Shown here piece after piece: positions 27,048 through 35,767 of a stretch of 64,000 nt of DNA. A program made the position numbers and the translations under genes. The notes beneath the pieces were generated by a model, which did no database searches, was not told the origin of the DNA, and worked only from the letters and a program-made list of their open reading frames with translations. The stretch comes from an uncultured bacterium (GTDB taxonomy: Bacteria > Oederibacteriota > Oederibacteriia > Oederibacteriales > Oederibacteriaceae). Every line of letters begins with the position of its first letter. Positions within the stretch are counted from its first letter, which is position 1. Location: assembly GCA_965112635.1 (NCBI GenBank), contig OZ218778.1:96001-160000 (forward strand), read 5' to 3'.

Positions 27048-29216
27048 ATGAGTCAGCGGTGTCCCGCGTGCAACGAACTGAACACCGACGCCAATCGTTT
27101 CTGTGAAAATTGCGGAGCAAAGCTGGTGGTCCCCGAAGCGCAAAAGCCCAAGGTCGAAGCAGCTACAGCGCCGGCCCCGGCCGTGACAATCGCCCCCCAA
27201 GCCCCGCCGGCCCAGCCAAAACCAAAACCAACCGCACCCAAAAAACCCAGCGTCCCGGCTGAAAAGCCCGCCGGACCCCTGCTCCCCTCTGTCAATCTTC
27301 CAGCCCTGGATTGGGAACGTTGCCTTTATATCATCCTTATCTTGATCGGTATCGTATCCAGATTTTACGACCTCGGTTACAAGGAACTCCACCACGACGA
27401 AAGCATCCACGCCTTGAACTCTTACACGCTCTTTAAAGGAGGAGGCTTCCATTACGATCCGGGTTACCACGGTCCCATGCTCTACCATATCAACGCGCTG
27501 GTCTATTTCCTTTTCGGGGCCTCGGATTACACGGCCCGCATGGCTCCGGCTTTCGTAGGCCTGCTTTTAATAGGCTTCCCCTACCTGATGAGGGATGTCA
27601 TCGGCAGGACCGCGGCCCTTGTTTTAGCTTTTCTGATCACCTTTTCGCCAACCTTTTTGTATGTCTCCCGCTTTATCCGGCACGATATTTACCTCGCCCT
27701 GGGCACTCTGGGGATGGCCTACGCCTTTTTTAAATTCAGAAAGGACGCCAAACCCCTTTATGTTTTTCTGTTCTCCATGTTCCTGGCCATATGCTTTACG
27801 AATATGGAATCCACCTATCTCCACGTTTCCATCTTTTTCCCATTTTTATTAATCATGTATTTCTGGGACGCTTCCCACCAGAGTTCCATCGCCAAAGTGA
27901 TAAGTCAATACAACGAATCGTTCAAAAAAGCTATGGATAAAGAAGGCAGCTATATGAGCCTAGGGCTGATCCTTTTGGTCATTGTCTTAGCCTGTGCGTT
28001 CCTTTTCTGGCCAAACTGGCAGGGTTACAAAGGCGCCCCTGGCAGTATGCTGGGGGACTTCGGCAATTATGTTGCGGTGGCCGACCAAAAAGGCAGGAAC
28101 GAAGGATTCATGTATGGCTTGATGAAGTTTTTGAGCACCAACCCCACCATAGCGGTTTGGCTCGTAGGCCTTGGGGTGCCCGCACTTTTGACCGTGACGT
28201 TTTATGGGTTGGCTTGGTATACCAAAAGCTTCAAGACCGCCTTTTACAGCTATTTGATCTTTTTCATCATTTTCATCCCATTTTTCACCACCATGATATT
28301 CGGCAATCCGCACGGCCTTTTTGACGGTTTTGTCAGGTCTCTGACCTACTGGCTTTCGCAGCAGCCCGTAAGCCGGGGCGATGAACCGTGGTATTACTAC
28401 TATGCCCTGCTGAGCATGTACGAGCAAGGCATTGTGTTCTTCACCATAGTCGGTTTTATCGTCTTTACGGCATTCAAAAGAAGCGTCCTCACGACCTTCG
28501 CCATGATCTGGGTCATCGGCGCCTTCACCGCCTACGTGCACGCCGCGGAAAAGATGCCCTGGATCACCATCCACATGCTTCTTCCCATGACTTTTTTGTC
28601 CGCCTTGACCATCGCTTATTTTTTGGAGAACGCCCACTGGGTCTTCAAATCTCTGACCCTCGCCCTTTGTTTCCTGTTCTTTATACTTTCCGTCCACAAT
28701 GCGGTCCTGCTGGCCTACATCAACCCGGCCAATCCCGTGGAACCCATGGTGTATGTCCAGTCCACCCCCCATATCCGAGACATTATGGGGACCATCAACC
28801 GCCTGTCCGAACGCCTTTCGGCCACGGACCCGGACCACCCCATCCAGGGCGGCAAAAACATGGAGATCACCTGCGAGGACCTGTGTTCCTGGCCTTTTGC
28901 CTGGTATCTGAGGGAGTACAAGAATCTTGACTATCCCACTCCGGTCAGGGTGGCCGACCGGCCGGTGATCCTCACCTGCTGGCAGACCGGACAGACCAAT
29001 GGCGTGGAACATGACACGGCTGTGGAAAAACTTTGCGCCGGCAAATACCACCGCCAAAAATACAAATTGCGTGCCTGGTGGGGCTGGACCGACACGCCCG
29101 ACTGGGACCTGGACAAATATTTCCAGTGGCTTTTCTACCGCCAGCCTTGGAGCAGCCTGGGCTCCCAGGACATGGTCTTCTGGGTCAGGAATGACCTTTG
29201 GGAGCAGAGCCAGTAA
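27048..29216 (+). CDS. TIGR03663/Agl23-like GT-C (PMT-type) membrane protein with N-terminal zinc ribbon
   Basis: CPAC..FCENCG ribbon, Pro/Ala linker, RFYDLG..LHHDESIHA, YDPGYHGP, SRFIRHD, EKMPW, PMVYVQS. Confidence 0.75.
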   Translation: MSQRCPACNELNTDANRFCENCGAKLVVPEAQKPKVEAATAPAPAVTIAPQAPPAQPKPKPTAPKKPSVPAEKPAGPLLPSVNLPALDWERCLYIILILIGIVSRFYDLGYKELHHDESIHALNSYTLFKGGGFHYDPGYHGPMLYHINALVYFLFGASDYTARMAPAFVGLLLIGFPYLMRDVIGRTAALVLAFLITFSPTFLYVSRFIRHDIYLALGTLGMAYAFFKFRKDAKPLYVFLFSMFLAICFTNMESTYLHVSIFFPFLLIMYFWDASHQSSIAKVISQYNESFKKAMDKEGSYMSLGLILLVIVLACAFLFWPNWQGYKGAPGSMLGDFGNYVAVADQKGRNEGFMYGLMKFLSTNPTIAVWLVGLGVPALLTVTFYGLAWYTKSFKTAFYSYLIFFIIFIPFFTTMIFGNPHGLFDGFVRSLTYWLSQQPVSRGDEPWYYYYALLSMYEQGIVFFTIVGFIVFTAFKRSVLTTFAMIWVIGAFTAYVHAAEKMPWITIHMLLPMTFLSALTIAYFLENAHWVFKSLTLALCFLFFILSVHNAVLLAYINPANPVEPMVYVQSTPHIRDIMGTINRLSERLSATDPDHPIQGGKNMEITCEDLCSWPFAWYLREYKNLDYPTPVRVADRPVILTCWQTGQTNGVEHDTAVEKLCAGKYHRQKYKLRAWWGWTDTPDWDLDKYFQWLFYRQPWSSLGSQDMVFWVRNDLWEQSQ

Positions 29217-29241
29217 CTCCGTATCTTGAGGTAACCTTCTG

Positions 29242-30024
29242 ATGAAAAAATCGTGCCTTATAGCCCTGCTTTTACTTTATCTGACCTGCTCCCCTTGTTT
29301 TGCCCTGCCTAGCCGGCCCCTTGGCTACGTAGGTGATTTCGCCGGCATCCTCGATGAAAGCACACGCCAGCAGCTCAACGATCTGATCACTGAGGTAGAG
29401 CAAAAAACTACGGCCGAGATCGCCGTGGCCACGGTCACTTCCCTGGAGGGCCGGAGCATCGAGGATTACAGCGTCGCACTCTTCAAAACCTGGGGCATTG
29501 GCAAAAAAGACAAGAATAACGGCGTGCTTCTGTTGGTGGCTCCCAATGAGAAAAAGGTCCACATCGAGGTCGGTTACGGCCTGGAACCCATCCTGCCTGA
29601 CGGTTTGTGTGGCGAGATCATCCGCCAAAATATAACCCCCTATTTTAAACAGGGGGACTTTGCCTCGGGTCTTCTGTCCGGTGTCCAGCAGATCAGCCAG
29701 GTTATTGTTAAAGGCGAACCCGCTTCAAATGGTTTAAAAACTCAAATCCTCTCTGACCCAATGCTGTTCAAACTTATATTTTTCGTATTTGTTTTTGTCA
29801 TCTATCTAGTTTCCAGGTTTTTACAGATGCTCGCTTACCGAAATACCCCTTACTACAAAAAATACGGCAGGCGTGGAGGATTTTTTTGGTTTGGAGGGCC
29901 GGGAGGTTTTATTGGTGGCTCCAGCGGTGGCTTTAGCAGCGGCGGCTTTGGTGGTGGCGGGTTTGGGGGCGGTGGTTTTGGCGGTGGCTTTTCCGGTGGC
30001 GGCGGTGCTAGCGGAGGGTGGTAG
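29242..30024 (+). CDS. TPM-domain (YgcG-like) protein
   Basis: YVGDFAGIL, WGIGKKDKNNGVLLLVA, IEVGYGLE..LPD, Gly-rich tail GGGASGGW. Confidence 0.9.
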   Translation: MKKSCLIALLLLYLTCSPCFALPSRPLGYVGDFAGILDESTRQQLNDLITEVEQKTTAEIAVATVTSLEGRSIEDYSVALFKTWGIGKKDKNNGVLLLVAPNEKKVHIEVGYGLEPILPDGLCGEIIRQNITPYFKQGDFASGLLSGVQQISQVIVKGEPASNGLKTQILSDPMLFKLIFFVFVFVIYLVSRFLQMLAYRNTPYYKKYGRRGGFFWFGGPGGFIGGSSGGFSSGGFGGGGFGGGGFGGGFSGGGGASGGW

Positions 30025-30068
30025 CCCCTAACAACAGCCCATAAAAGAGGGCTCGAAAAAGCTCTGGG

Positions 30069-31439
30069 TTACTTTTGGTTCAGCTCCATGTCGATGACCA
30101 TTTTCTGAGCCACAGATTTCATGGCGCTGTCCATGGCGTCGTTTAGGATCTTCTTTCCGGTTTCCCCGCAAAAACTCTCCAGCTTATTGTTCGGTGAAGG
30201 CTCCTTGACCATCACGTCATAGGCGGGATAAAAAGGCAGCGCAATATTCTTGAACTGCTGTTCGTATTTCAGGGGATCAGGCCTTCCGCTGGGATTGGTA
30301 TACAGGTAGACCGTGTCGCTGAGGATTCCCTGGGTGGCTACATCGCTGAGCTTCGCCCGGACGGCCACCTCCACGCTGAAATTTCCAAGATCCTCGCATT
30401 CACGAAGCCTGACCTGCTGGACGGTGACCTCCAAAAGTCCCTTGGACCCGCGGGTCGCGGCCTCAACCATGGCGTTGGCCGTGGAAGTTATCGGCTCAAG
30501 GACGGCCCCGTTCGCACTGAAGGCAGCGCTCAGAACATCGTAGAGTTTGCTGGTGTAATCTGTCGCCGCAAAGTCCTTGTTCATGTCCTGGAGGCAGGGC
30601 TCCCATTTGCCCCTGTCCGCTTCACCGCCGAAATAACCGACCGTCGCGCCGACGGGCGTGTAAAGCCAGGTAAAAATATTCATAAACCCGCTGGAATCGA
30701 TGGTTTCCGAGGGTTTTTTGGGCCCCCAGCCCATGTTATGTTCGAGGCTGCGGTCCATCCAGGGGACCGGCTGCAGGCTTTTGACGCAGGACACGGAGGT
30801 CGCCAGCGGAAAAGTCGTGGCTTTTTTCAGGTCAATGGCTTCCGCGTAATGCTTCATCAGCACGGTGGTCATGACCCCAAAATCTCTGTAATCGTTGATG
30901 GCGACCTTTTTGGCTTCGTCCGTGTCGTCTGAGATGGTCCCCTGCAGAGCGCAGGACTCCAGCGTCCTTCCGACCAGCAAAGCCACGCTCGCGCACTCCA
31001 CTTGCACAGACCCGATATACTGGACCGGTTTTCCGGATTCCACAATGAACTGGAAACAAGGGAACGGCTTGTATTCATAATGGGAATGAAAAGGGTTGTG
31101 GTTCGCCCCGATCGGCGGAGCAATGGCCAGATAATAACTCCCCGGGGCCAGTACGATGTAGAACCAGCCTTTGTCCTTGCTGAGGGATTCCGGATAGGAA
31201 TTATCAAAAAGGGTGATCTGGGTTCCCTTATCTAAAGAGCCGAGGCCGATCTCCCAGGGTCCCTCCAGAACCTCGTTGACCTTTCCGTCCACCTTGGAGA
31301 TCAATTTGAACAGGACAATGGATTTCTTGTTTTCCATGATGGCGCTCTTGTCGTCAGCAGAAATGCCTGAGCAAAGCGCCGGATAGAGGCAAAGAAGCAG
31401 GCCCAACAGAATGAGCTTAAGGAAGGACAATCGTGCCAT
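30069..31439 (-). CDS. Exported hypothetical protein
   Basis: Long ORF with signal-like N-terminus; ATG overlaps the tonB stop (TGATG). Confidence 0.7.
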   Translation of the reverse strand: MARLSFLKLILLGLLLCLYPALCSGISADDKSAIMENKKSIVLFKLISKVDGKVNEVLEGPWEIGLGSLDKGTQITLFDNSYPESLSKDKGWFYIVLAPGSYYLAIAPPIGANHNPFHSHYEYKPFPCFQFIVESGKPVQYIGSVQVECASVALLVGRTLESCALQGTISDDTDEAKKVAINDYRDFGVMTTVLMKHYAEAIDLKKATTFPLATSVSCVKSLQPVPWMDRSLEHNMGWGPKKPSETIDSSGFMNIFTWLYTPVGATVGYFGGEADRGKWEPCLQDMNKDFAATDYTSKLYDVLSAAFSANGAVLEPITSTANAMVEAATRGSKGLLEVTVQQVRLRECEDLGNFSVEVAVRAKLSDVATQGILSDTVYLYTNPSGRPDPLKYEQQFKNIALPFYPAYDVMVKEPSPNNKLESFCGETGKKILNDAMDSAMKSVAQKMVIDMELNQK

Positions 31440-32065
31440 CACGATTCCTTCAGGGCGAACCGAACAGGCAGGATGAGCTCGGAACTCACGGCCAGGCCGA
31501 ACCGTTTCGCCGGTTCAAACACCCAGGTTTTGACCGCTTGCAGGGCGGCTTGATTGAGCACTTCATAACCGCTGGAACTGACGATAGTCACTTCCCCCAC
31601 CCGGCCGTCGGAAAGGACTTGCACCTTGAGTTTGACCAGGCCCTGCCATCCATTCTGCCGCGCGACAAGGGGATATTCAGGGACAGGGTTACCCTGCCCG
31701 GGCAGGGCATTGCTGGCTCCAGCGCCTTGAGCCTCAAAGTTTTGGGCCGCGCCCTGGAAATTTGCCATGGACTGCCCAATGACCTGCACAATGTCTGGCT
31801 GCCGGGAAGCGTGGCTCATGGCTTTTGCCGGGCCCAGGGAAGCGGGATTATAAAGCTCCACAGCGACAGGTTCGTTGACGCTGGACCTTGAAGCGCTGAG
31901 CCTGAGTGTGGCCGGCTGGTAGATCCAGGGCATCATCACCCATCCCAGCAGGGCCATGTGGAACAAGGCCGAACCAGCCAGGCAAAAATGCAGCCTGTAC
32001 CGGGCTGCTAATTTTCCCAAACCCGGCTGCCATGTTCTGACCAATGGCAGGATCATTTCAGTCAT
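31439..32065 (-). CDS. tonB: TonB energy transducer
   Basis: TM SALFHMALL; PEYPLVARQNGWQGLVKL..SSGYEVLNQAALQAVKTWVFEPA. Confidence 0.88.
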   Translation of the reverse strand: MTEMILPLVRTWQPGLGKLAARYRLHFCLAGSALFHMALLGWVMMPWIYQPATLRLSASRSSVNEPVAVELYNPASLGPAKAMSHASRQPDIVQVIGQSMANFQGAAQNFEAQGAGASNALPGQGNPVPEYPLVARQNGWQGLVKLKVQVLSDGRVGEVTIVSSSGYEVLNQAALQAVKTWVFEPAKRFGLAVSSELILPVRFALKES

Positions 32066-32145
32066 GCAACCTTCTCCTTCTCAAAATTCCTGCTCCTAAG
32101 CCCAGGCTCCGGAGCAGGTAAACATTTTACTATACTTGTATGGTT

Positions 32146-34206
32146 CTAGAAAGTCAGGTTGACGCCTCCATGGTACGTGGTGCCTGGCAAAGGATAAAAC
32201 TCTTCATCCTCATATTTGATATTAAAGATATTGTCTGCAGTAAAAAATATCTCGCTCCCGGCTATAGACCATCCCAGCCTCGCTCCAAAAATGGAAGCAT
32301 CGGGCAGGAAGTGCTTGGTACCATAGCTGTCAACCCATTCTACCTTGTCAGTATAGTCGAATTTCACCAGGGCATTCAAACCCAGCCCCGGCTTTAATCC
32401 AAACCTGTAGCTGACTTTATTGAACGGAGCATACTCCAGCCTCTGATAATTTGAGCTGTCGTTATTTCTCCCCTGGCTTTCCAAATAGGTATAGCCCAGG
32501 GACTGTTCCACAATCTTTCCGATGTGGCTGGTCATATCCACTTCCATGCCCTGGTTATAAACATTTCCTATATTGACCGGACGGAAGTGCTGGATGGTCG
32601 GGTCCGTGCTGATATCTTCCCACTGGATCAAGTCTGTGATATCGCTCCGGTAAAAAGTAACACGCTGGGTCAGCAATTCCGACCAGTCCACCTCAACCCC
32701 TGCGTCATAACCCCAGGCTATCTCAGGGCTCAGGTTTGGATTGCCCTGCGTGTCTCCGGCTGGGCTGCCCCAAAAGGAAGGCCACGATGAAAATGGGGAA
32801 TACATATCATCCATGGTCGGAGCCCGGAAAGCCCGGCTTACGTTACCGGATAATTTAACGTTATCCATGGGCTTGTAAACCACAGTCAACCGGGGGTCGA
32901 ACTGGGTGCCAAAATCATCATAGTAATCAAACCTGCCCCCTAGGGTCGTAACGGTCGGTCCTAGATGCAGGATTTGCTCCAAATATAACGCCCGGCTCGA
33001 GATTGTATCTTCAATCTGGGTTTTATTGGGAACCACGGTCAAATCCTTGGTCACAGCGCTTCTGCTCTGGAGTCCCCAGCCCAGCATGAAATCTACAGGT
33101 GTGTTCAACTGGACATCCAGGCCAGTCATGGAATCATTATAATCATTGGCCTCAAAAGAATCCGGGTCTGCGTACTGCCTATCCACGAGATTGCCATAAG
33201 TCCGCAGGCTAAGTTCCATTCCCTGACTGAACTTTCGGCCGTATTCTATCTGGGCATAGCTCATGGTGTCGTTTTCGTCAGCGTTGGGATAGCCGGACTG
33301 CAGCTCCTTGTTCCCGTCCCACTTTGCAAAAGGGGTATTATTCTCTCCCGGAACACCATAATAGGCCTGGTGATAAAGTATCCTGGCCACTAGAGAGTCA
33401 TCGGGAGAAATATCCACCCCCATATTGCTGTTAAAATTATTGGCATCATAATGACTATTGGCTCTCCAACCGCCGTCCAGGTCTTTTTCCGCTGAAAAGG
33501 AATACCAGTGATTGTCATGTTTATCGCAAGCATTTATAATATATTCCTGTTCCCCATAACTTCCGAAAGAGGTTGTGATGGAAGAAACTGGTTTATCGCC
33601 GACCTTATTGGTAATGATATTGATAAGCCCGCCCAAGGCATTGGCTCCCCACAAAGCAGAACCGGGTCCTTTGACCACTTCGATGCGGTCAATATTGGAG
33701 ACAGAAATCGTGCTTAGGTCCGCGCTCCCCATCTCAATATCATTGATGGGTTGCCCATCGATCATCACTAAAACCTGGTCACTGGAAGCCCCGCCGCTGC
33801 GCATCCTGATTTCCCGGGGTGAACCTTCCGTTCCGGGATTTGACACATCCACCACGCCGCTGATACCTTCGATGGCGTCTGCGGCGGTATGGACATTGCG
33901 CTCTTTCAGCTGCGCCTGGGTCACCACGCTCACATTGGTTCCAAGCTCTGCCATACTGCTTTTTAACTTGGTGGCCGACACAACGACCTCATTGATCACG
34001 GCGGGTTCTTGTGCCGTCGTGGAAACCGCCCCGGCTGAGGCGGCCATCGTCTGAGCTACGGGAGTCACGCCCTGGCTTTCGGACACTGACGCACTTGCCG
34101 TAGGCGTGACCGGCAAACTCATTAACCCCTGCGCCCCTAAACTCATACTTGATAAAATCAACACCAAACTTGTTGCTGAAATCTTCAAGCTTTTTTCTCC
34201 TGACAT
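32146..34206 (-). CDS. btuB: TonB-dependent receptor, probable cobalamin transporter
   Basis: TonB box EVVVSAT, plug VLVMIDG..IDRIEVVKGPGSALWG, RAPT..MY, GNPNLSPE, C-terminal F; cobalamin riboswitch directly upstream. Confidence 0.85.
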   Translation of the reverse strand: MSGEKSLKISATSLVLILSSMSLGAQGLMSLPVTPTASASVSESQGVTPVAQTMAASAGAVSTTAQEPAVINEVVVSATKLKSSMAELGTNVSVVTQAQLKERNVHTAADAIEGISGVVDVSNPGTEGSPREIRMRSGGASSDQVLVMIDGQPINDIEMGSADLSTISVSNIDRIEVVKGPGSALWGANALGGLINIITNKVGDKPVSSITTSFGSYGEQEYIINACDKHDNHWYSFSAEKDLDGGWRANSHYDANNFNSNMGVDISPDDSLVARILYHQAYYGVPGENNTPFAKWDGNKELQSGYPNADENDTMSYAQIEYGRKFSQGMELSLRTYGNLVDRQYADPDSFEANDYNDSMTGLDVQLNTPVDFMLGWGLQSRSAVTKDLTVVPNKTQIEDTISSRALYLEQILHLGPTVTTLGGRFDYYDDFGTQFDPRLTVVYKPMDNVKLSGNVSRAFRAPTMDDMYSPFSSWPSFWGSPAGDTQGNPNLSPEIAWGYDAGVEVDWSELLTQRVTFYRSDITDLIQWEDISTDPTIQHFRPVNIGNVYNQGMEVDMTSHIGKIVEQSLGYTYLESQGRNNDSSNYQRLEYAPFNKVSYRFGLKPGLGLNALVKFDYTDKVEWVDSYGTKHFLPDASIFGARLGWSIAGSEIFFTADNIFNIKYEDEEFYPLPGTTYHGGVNLTF

Positions 34207-34274
34207 TTTTCAACCCTTTCTGCCCCCGCGGGCAAAACAAAATACCTTTGGATATCCTCCAATAGGTTTATAAC

Positions 34275-34415
34275 CATACTTCCGGTGTCCTGGCTTGGCT
34301 TCGTCCTTCCCTGTGCCTTCCCAGCCTTTTGGCCAGTGGTTTTCACAGGGTCGTCAGCATTTACAGTGGCGGGGCCGTCGCCGAATTTCACGGCGTTCCC
34401 GGAACTTTTCAATTT
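34275..34415 (-). promoter_or_regulatory. Cobalamin riboswitch upstream of btuB
   Basis: Minus strand GGGAACGCCGTGAAATTCGGCGACGGCCCCGCCACTGTAA..CCACTGG..GGGAAGG..AAGCCAGGACACC (B12-box). Ends approximate. Confidence 0.88.
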
Positions 34416-34461
34416 CTAATCTATTGATCACCCCCAATGGACAAACTCATTTAGATCCCAA

Positions 34462-35379
34462 TTAATTTTCCCTGGCTCTTTTGAGCCGTTCCAATATTTC
34501 CCGACAGCCCTTGACGACCCGCGGACCAGGTCTTTCTAAAAGGTCTAGAACAATGTCCGCGTAAATGTGCCGCTTTTTAACAGCCGTGACGTTCTGCCAA
34601 CCCTGCCTGGCGCATATCTCTTTGACCGCCTGGTCCTGGCTGATGGGATAACCCACAATGATGACATCAGGGTTTTGGCCGATGATATACTCGGCGCTGA
34701 CATTGACATAAGTGCCTTTCAGGGTGTCCCCGATGTTCTCGCCACCGGCGGTCTCGATGGACTCATGCAAGTCCGTTCCCGTGCCTACGGTCATATACGG
34801 GTTTTTCCAAAGCTCGAAATAAACCTTGGGCCTGTTCCTGCCAAAGAGCGCCCAGGCCTCCCGGCCTATCCCCTCCAGCTCTTTCCTGAGGCTGTTGACC
34901 ACCTTTTCAGCCCGCTGGCTCACCCCTGCCGCGCGCCCCATGAGCAAAATATCTTGGAATATCCTTTCAATGGAATTGGGATAGAGGACGAACACCGCGA
35001 TATCCAGCTTCTCCAAATTTTCCACCAGTTCTTTTTGCACACCGCCGGTGGCAAAGACCAGGTCCGGCTTTAAAGCCACAACTTTTTCTAGGCTGGGTTT
35101 GGAAAAAATACCCACCTTGGCCACTTTTTTTGCCTCAGGAGGATAATTACAGTCCTGGGTCACTCCGACCAGCTTGTTGCCCAGACCCAGCACAAATACG
35201 ACCTCCGTATCCGCCGGAGATAGTGAAACGATCCGCAGGGGCTCCTGCTTGACCGTCACGGTCCTGCCCACATCGTCGGTTAGGACCAGAGGTGTAAATC
35301 TCGTCGCCTTGGCGTCCAATACTGGAAAGCAAGACCAAAACAACCACAACGCCAAGTAAAAAATTTCATTTTTTTTCAT
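34462..35379 (-). CDS. btuF: Cobalamin-binding periplasmic protein
   Basis: RIVSLSPADTEVVFVLGLG.KLVGVT..CNYP, LEKVVALKPDLV, RPGPRV; riboswitch upstream. Confidence 0.85.
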   Translation of the reverse strand: MKKNEIFYLALWLFWSCFPVLDAKATRFTPLVLTDDVGRTVTVKQEPLRIVSLSPADTEVVFVLGLGNKLVGVTQDCNYPPEAKKVAKVGIFSKPSLEKVVALKPDLVFATGGVQKELVENLEKLDIAVFVLYPNSIERIFQDILLMGRAAGVSQRAEKVVNSLRKELEGIGREAWALFGRNRPKVYFELWKNPYMTVGTGTDLHESIETAGGENIGDTLKGTYVNVSAEYIIGQNPDVIIVGYPISQDQAVKEICARQGWQNVTAVKKRHIYADIVLDLLERPGPRVVKGCREILERLKRAREN

Positions 35380-35392
35380 TATTACTCCGCCC

Positions 35393-35426
35393 TAAAAACA
35401 AAAAACCCATGCGCCTCGCATGGGTT
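35393..35426 (-). terminator. Intrinsic terminator, riboswitch expression platform
   Basis: Minus strand AACCCATGCG-AGG-CGCATGGGTT-TTTTGTTTTT between the aptamer and the btuF start. Confidence 0.8.
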
Positions 35427-35484
35427 GGTCTTTGAGTGTCTATGGAACCGACTCCCTCACCTCGAGGAGCGCTTTTCTTTAAAT

Positions 35485-35635
35485 TTAGTTCGGGCCAGGT
35501 CTCCTGGCTTATGCCTCATCCTCGCCTGCACCTTCCCAGCCGGTGGGCCAGTGGTCTTACGCAGGTTCGTCAGCATTTACAGTGGCGGGGCCGTCGCTGG
35601 TTTTCACAGCGTTCCCTCTGCCCGAATATGTTTAA
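35485..35635 (-). promoter_or_regulatory. Cobalamin riboswitch upstream of btuF
   Basis: Minus strand AGGGAACGCTGTGAAAACCAGCGACGGCCCCGCCACTGTAA..CCACTGG..GGGAAGG..TAAGCCAGGAGACCTG. Ends approximate. Confidence 0.92.
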
Positions 35636-35664
35636 TTCAAAGAACATAAAACAATATCACTGCC

Positions 35665-35692
35665 ATTCTATTCTAAATAATCCCTTAGTCAA
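35665..35692 (-). promoter_or_regulatory. Putative sigma70 promoter of the btu cluster
   Basis: TTGACT-N16-TAGAAT. Confidence 0.5.
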
Positions 35693-35712
35693 GAGTCCCT
35701 TGTCATGTCAAT

Positions 35713-35750
35713 AAAAAAGCCCGGCCCCCCCATCAGGGAACCGGGCTTTT
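35713..35750 (-). terminator. Intrinsic terminator after hppA
   Basis: aaaagcccgg...ccgggctttt hairpin with a U-run. Confidence 0.8.
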
Positions 35751-35767
35751 GCAATCTTAGACTGTGA

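Noticed and set aside
29905-30021. GGC/GGT low-complexity repeat
   Set aside because: Normal Gly-rich tail of TPM/YgcG proteins.
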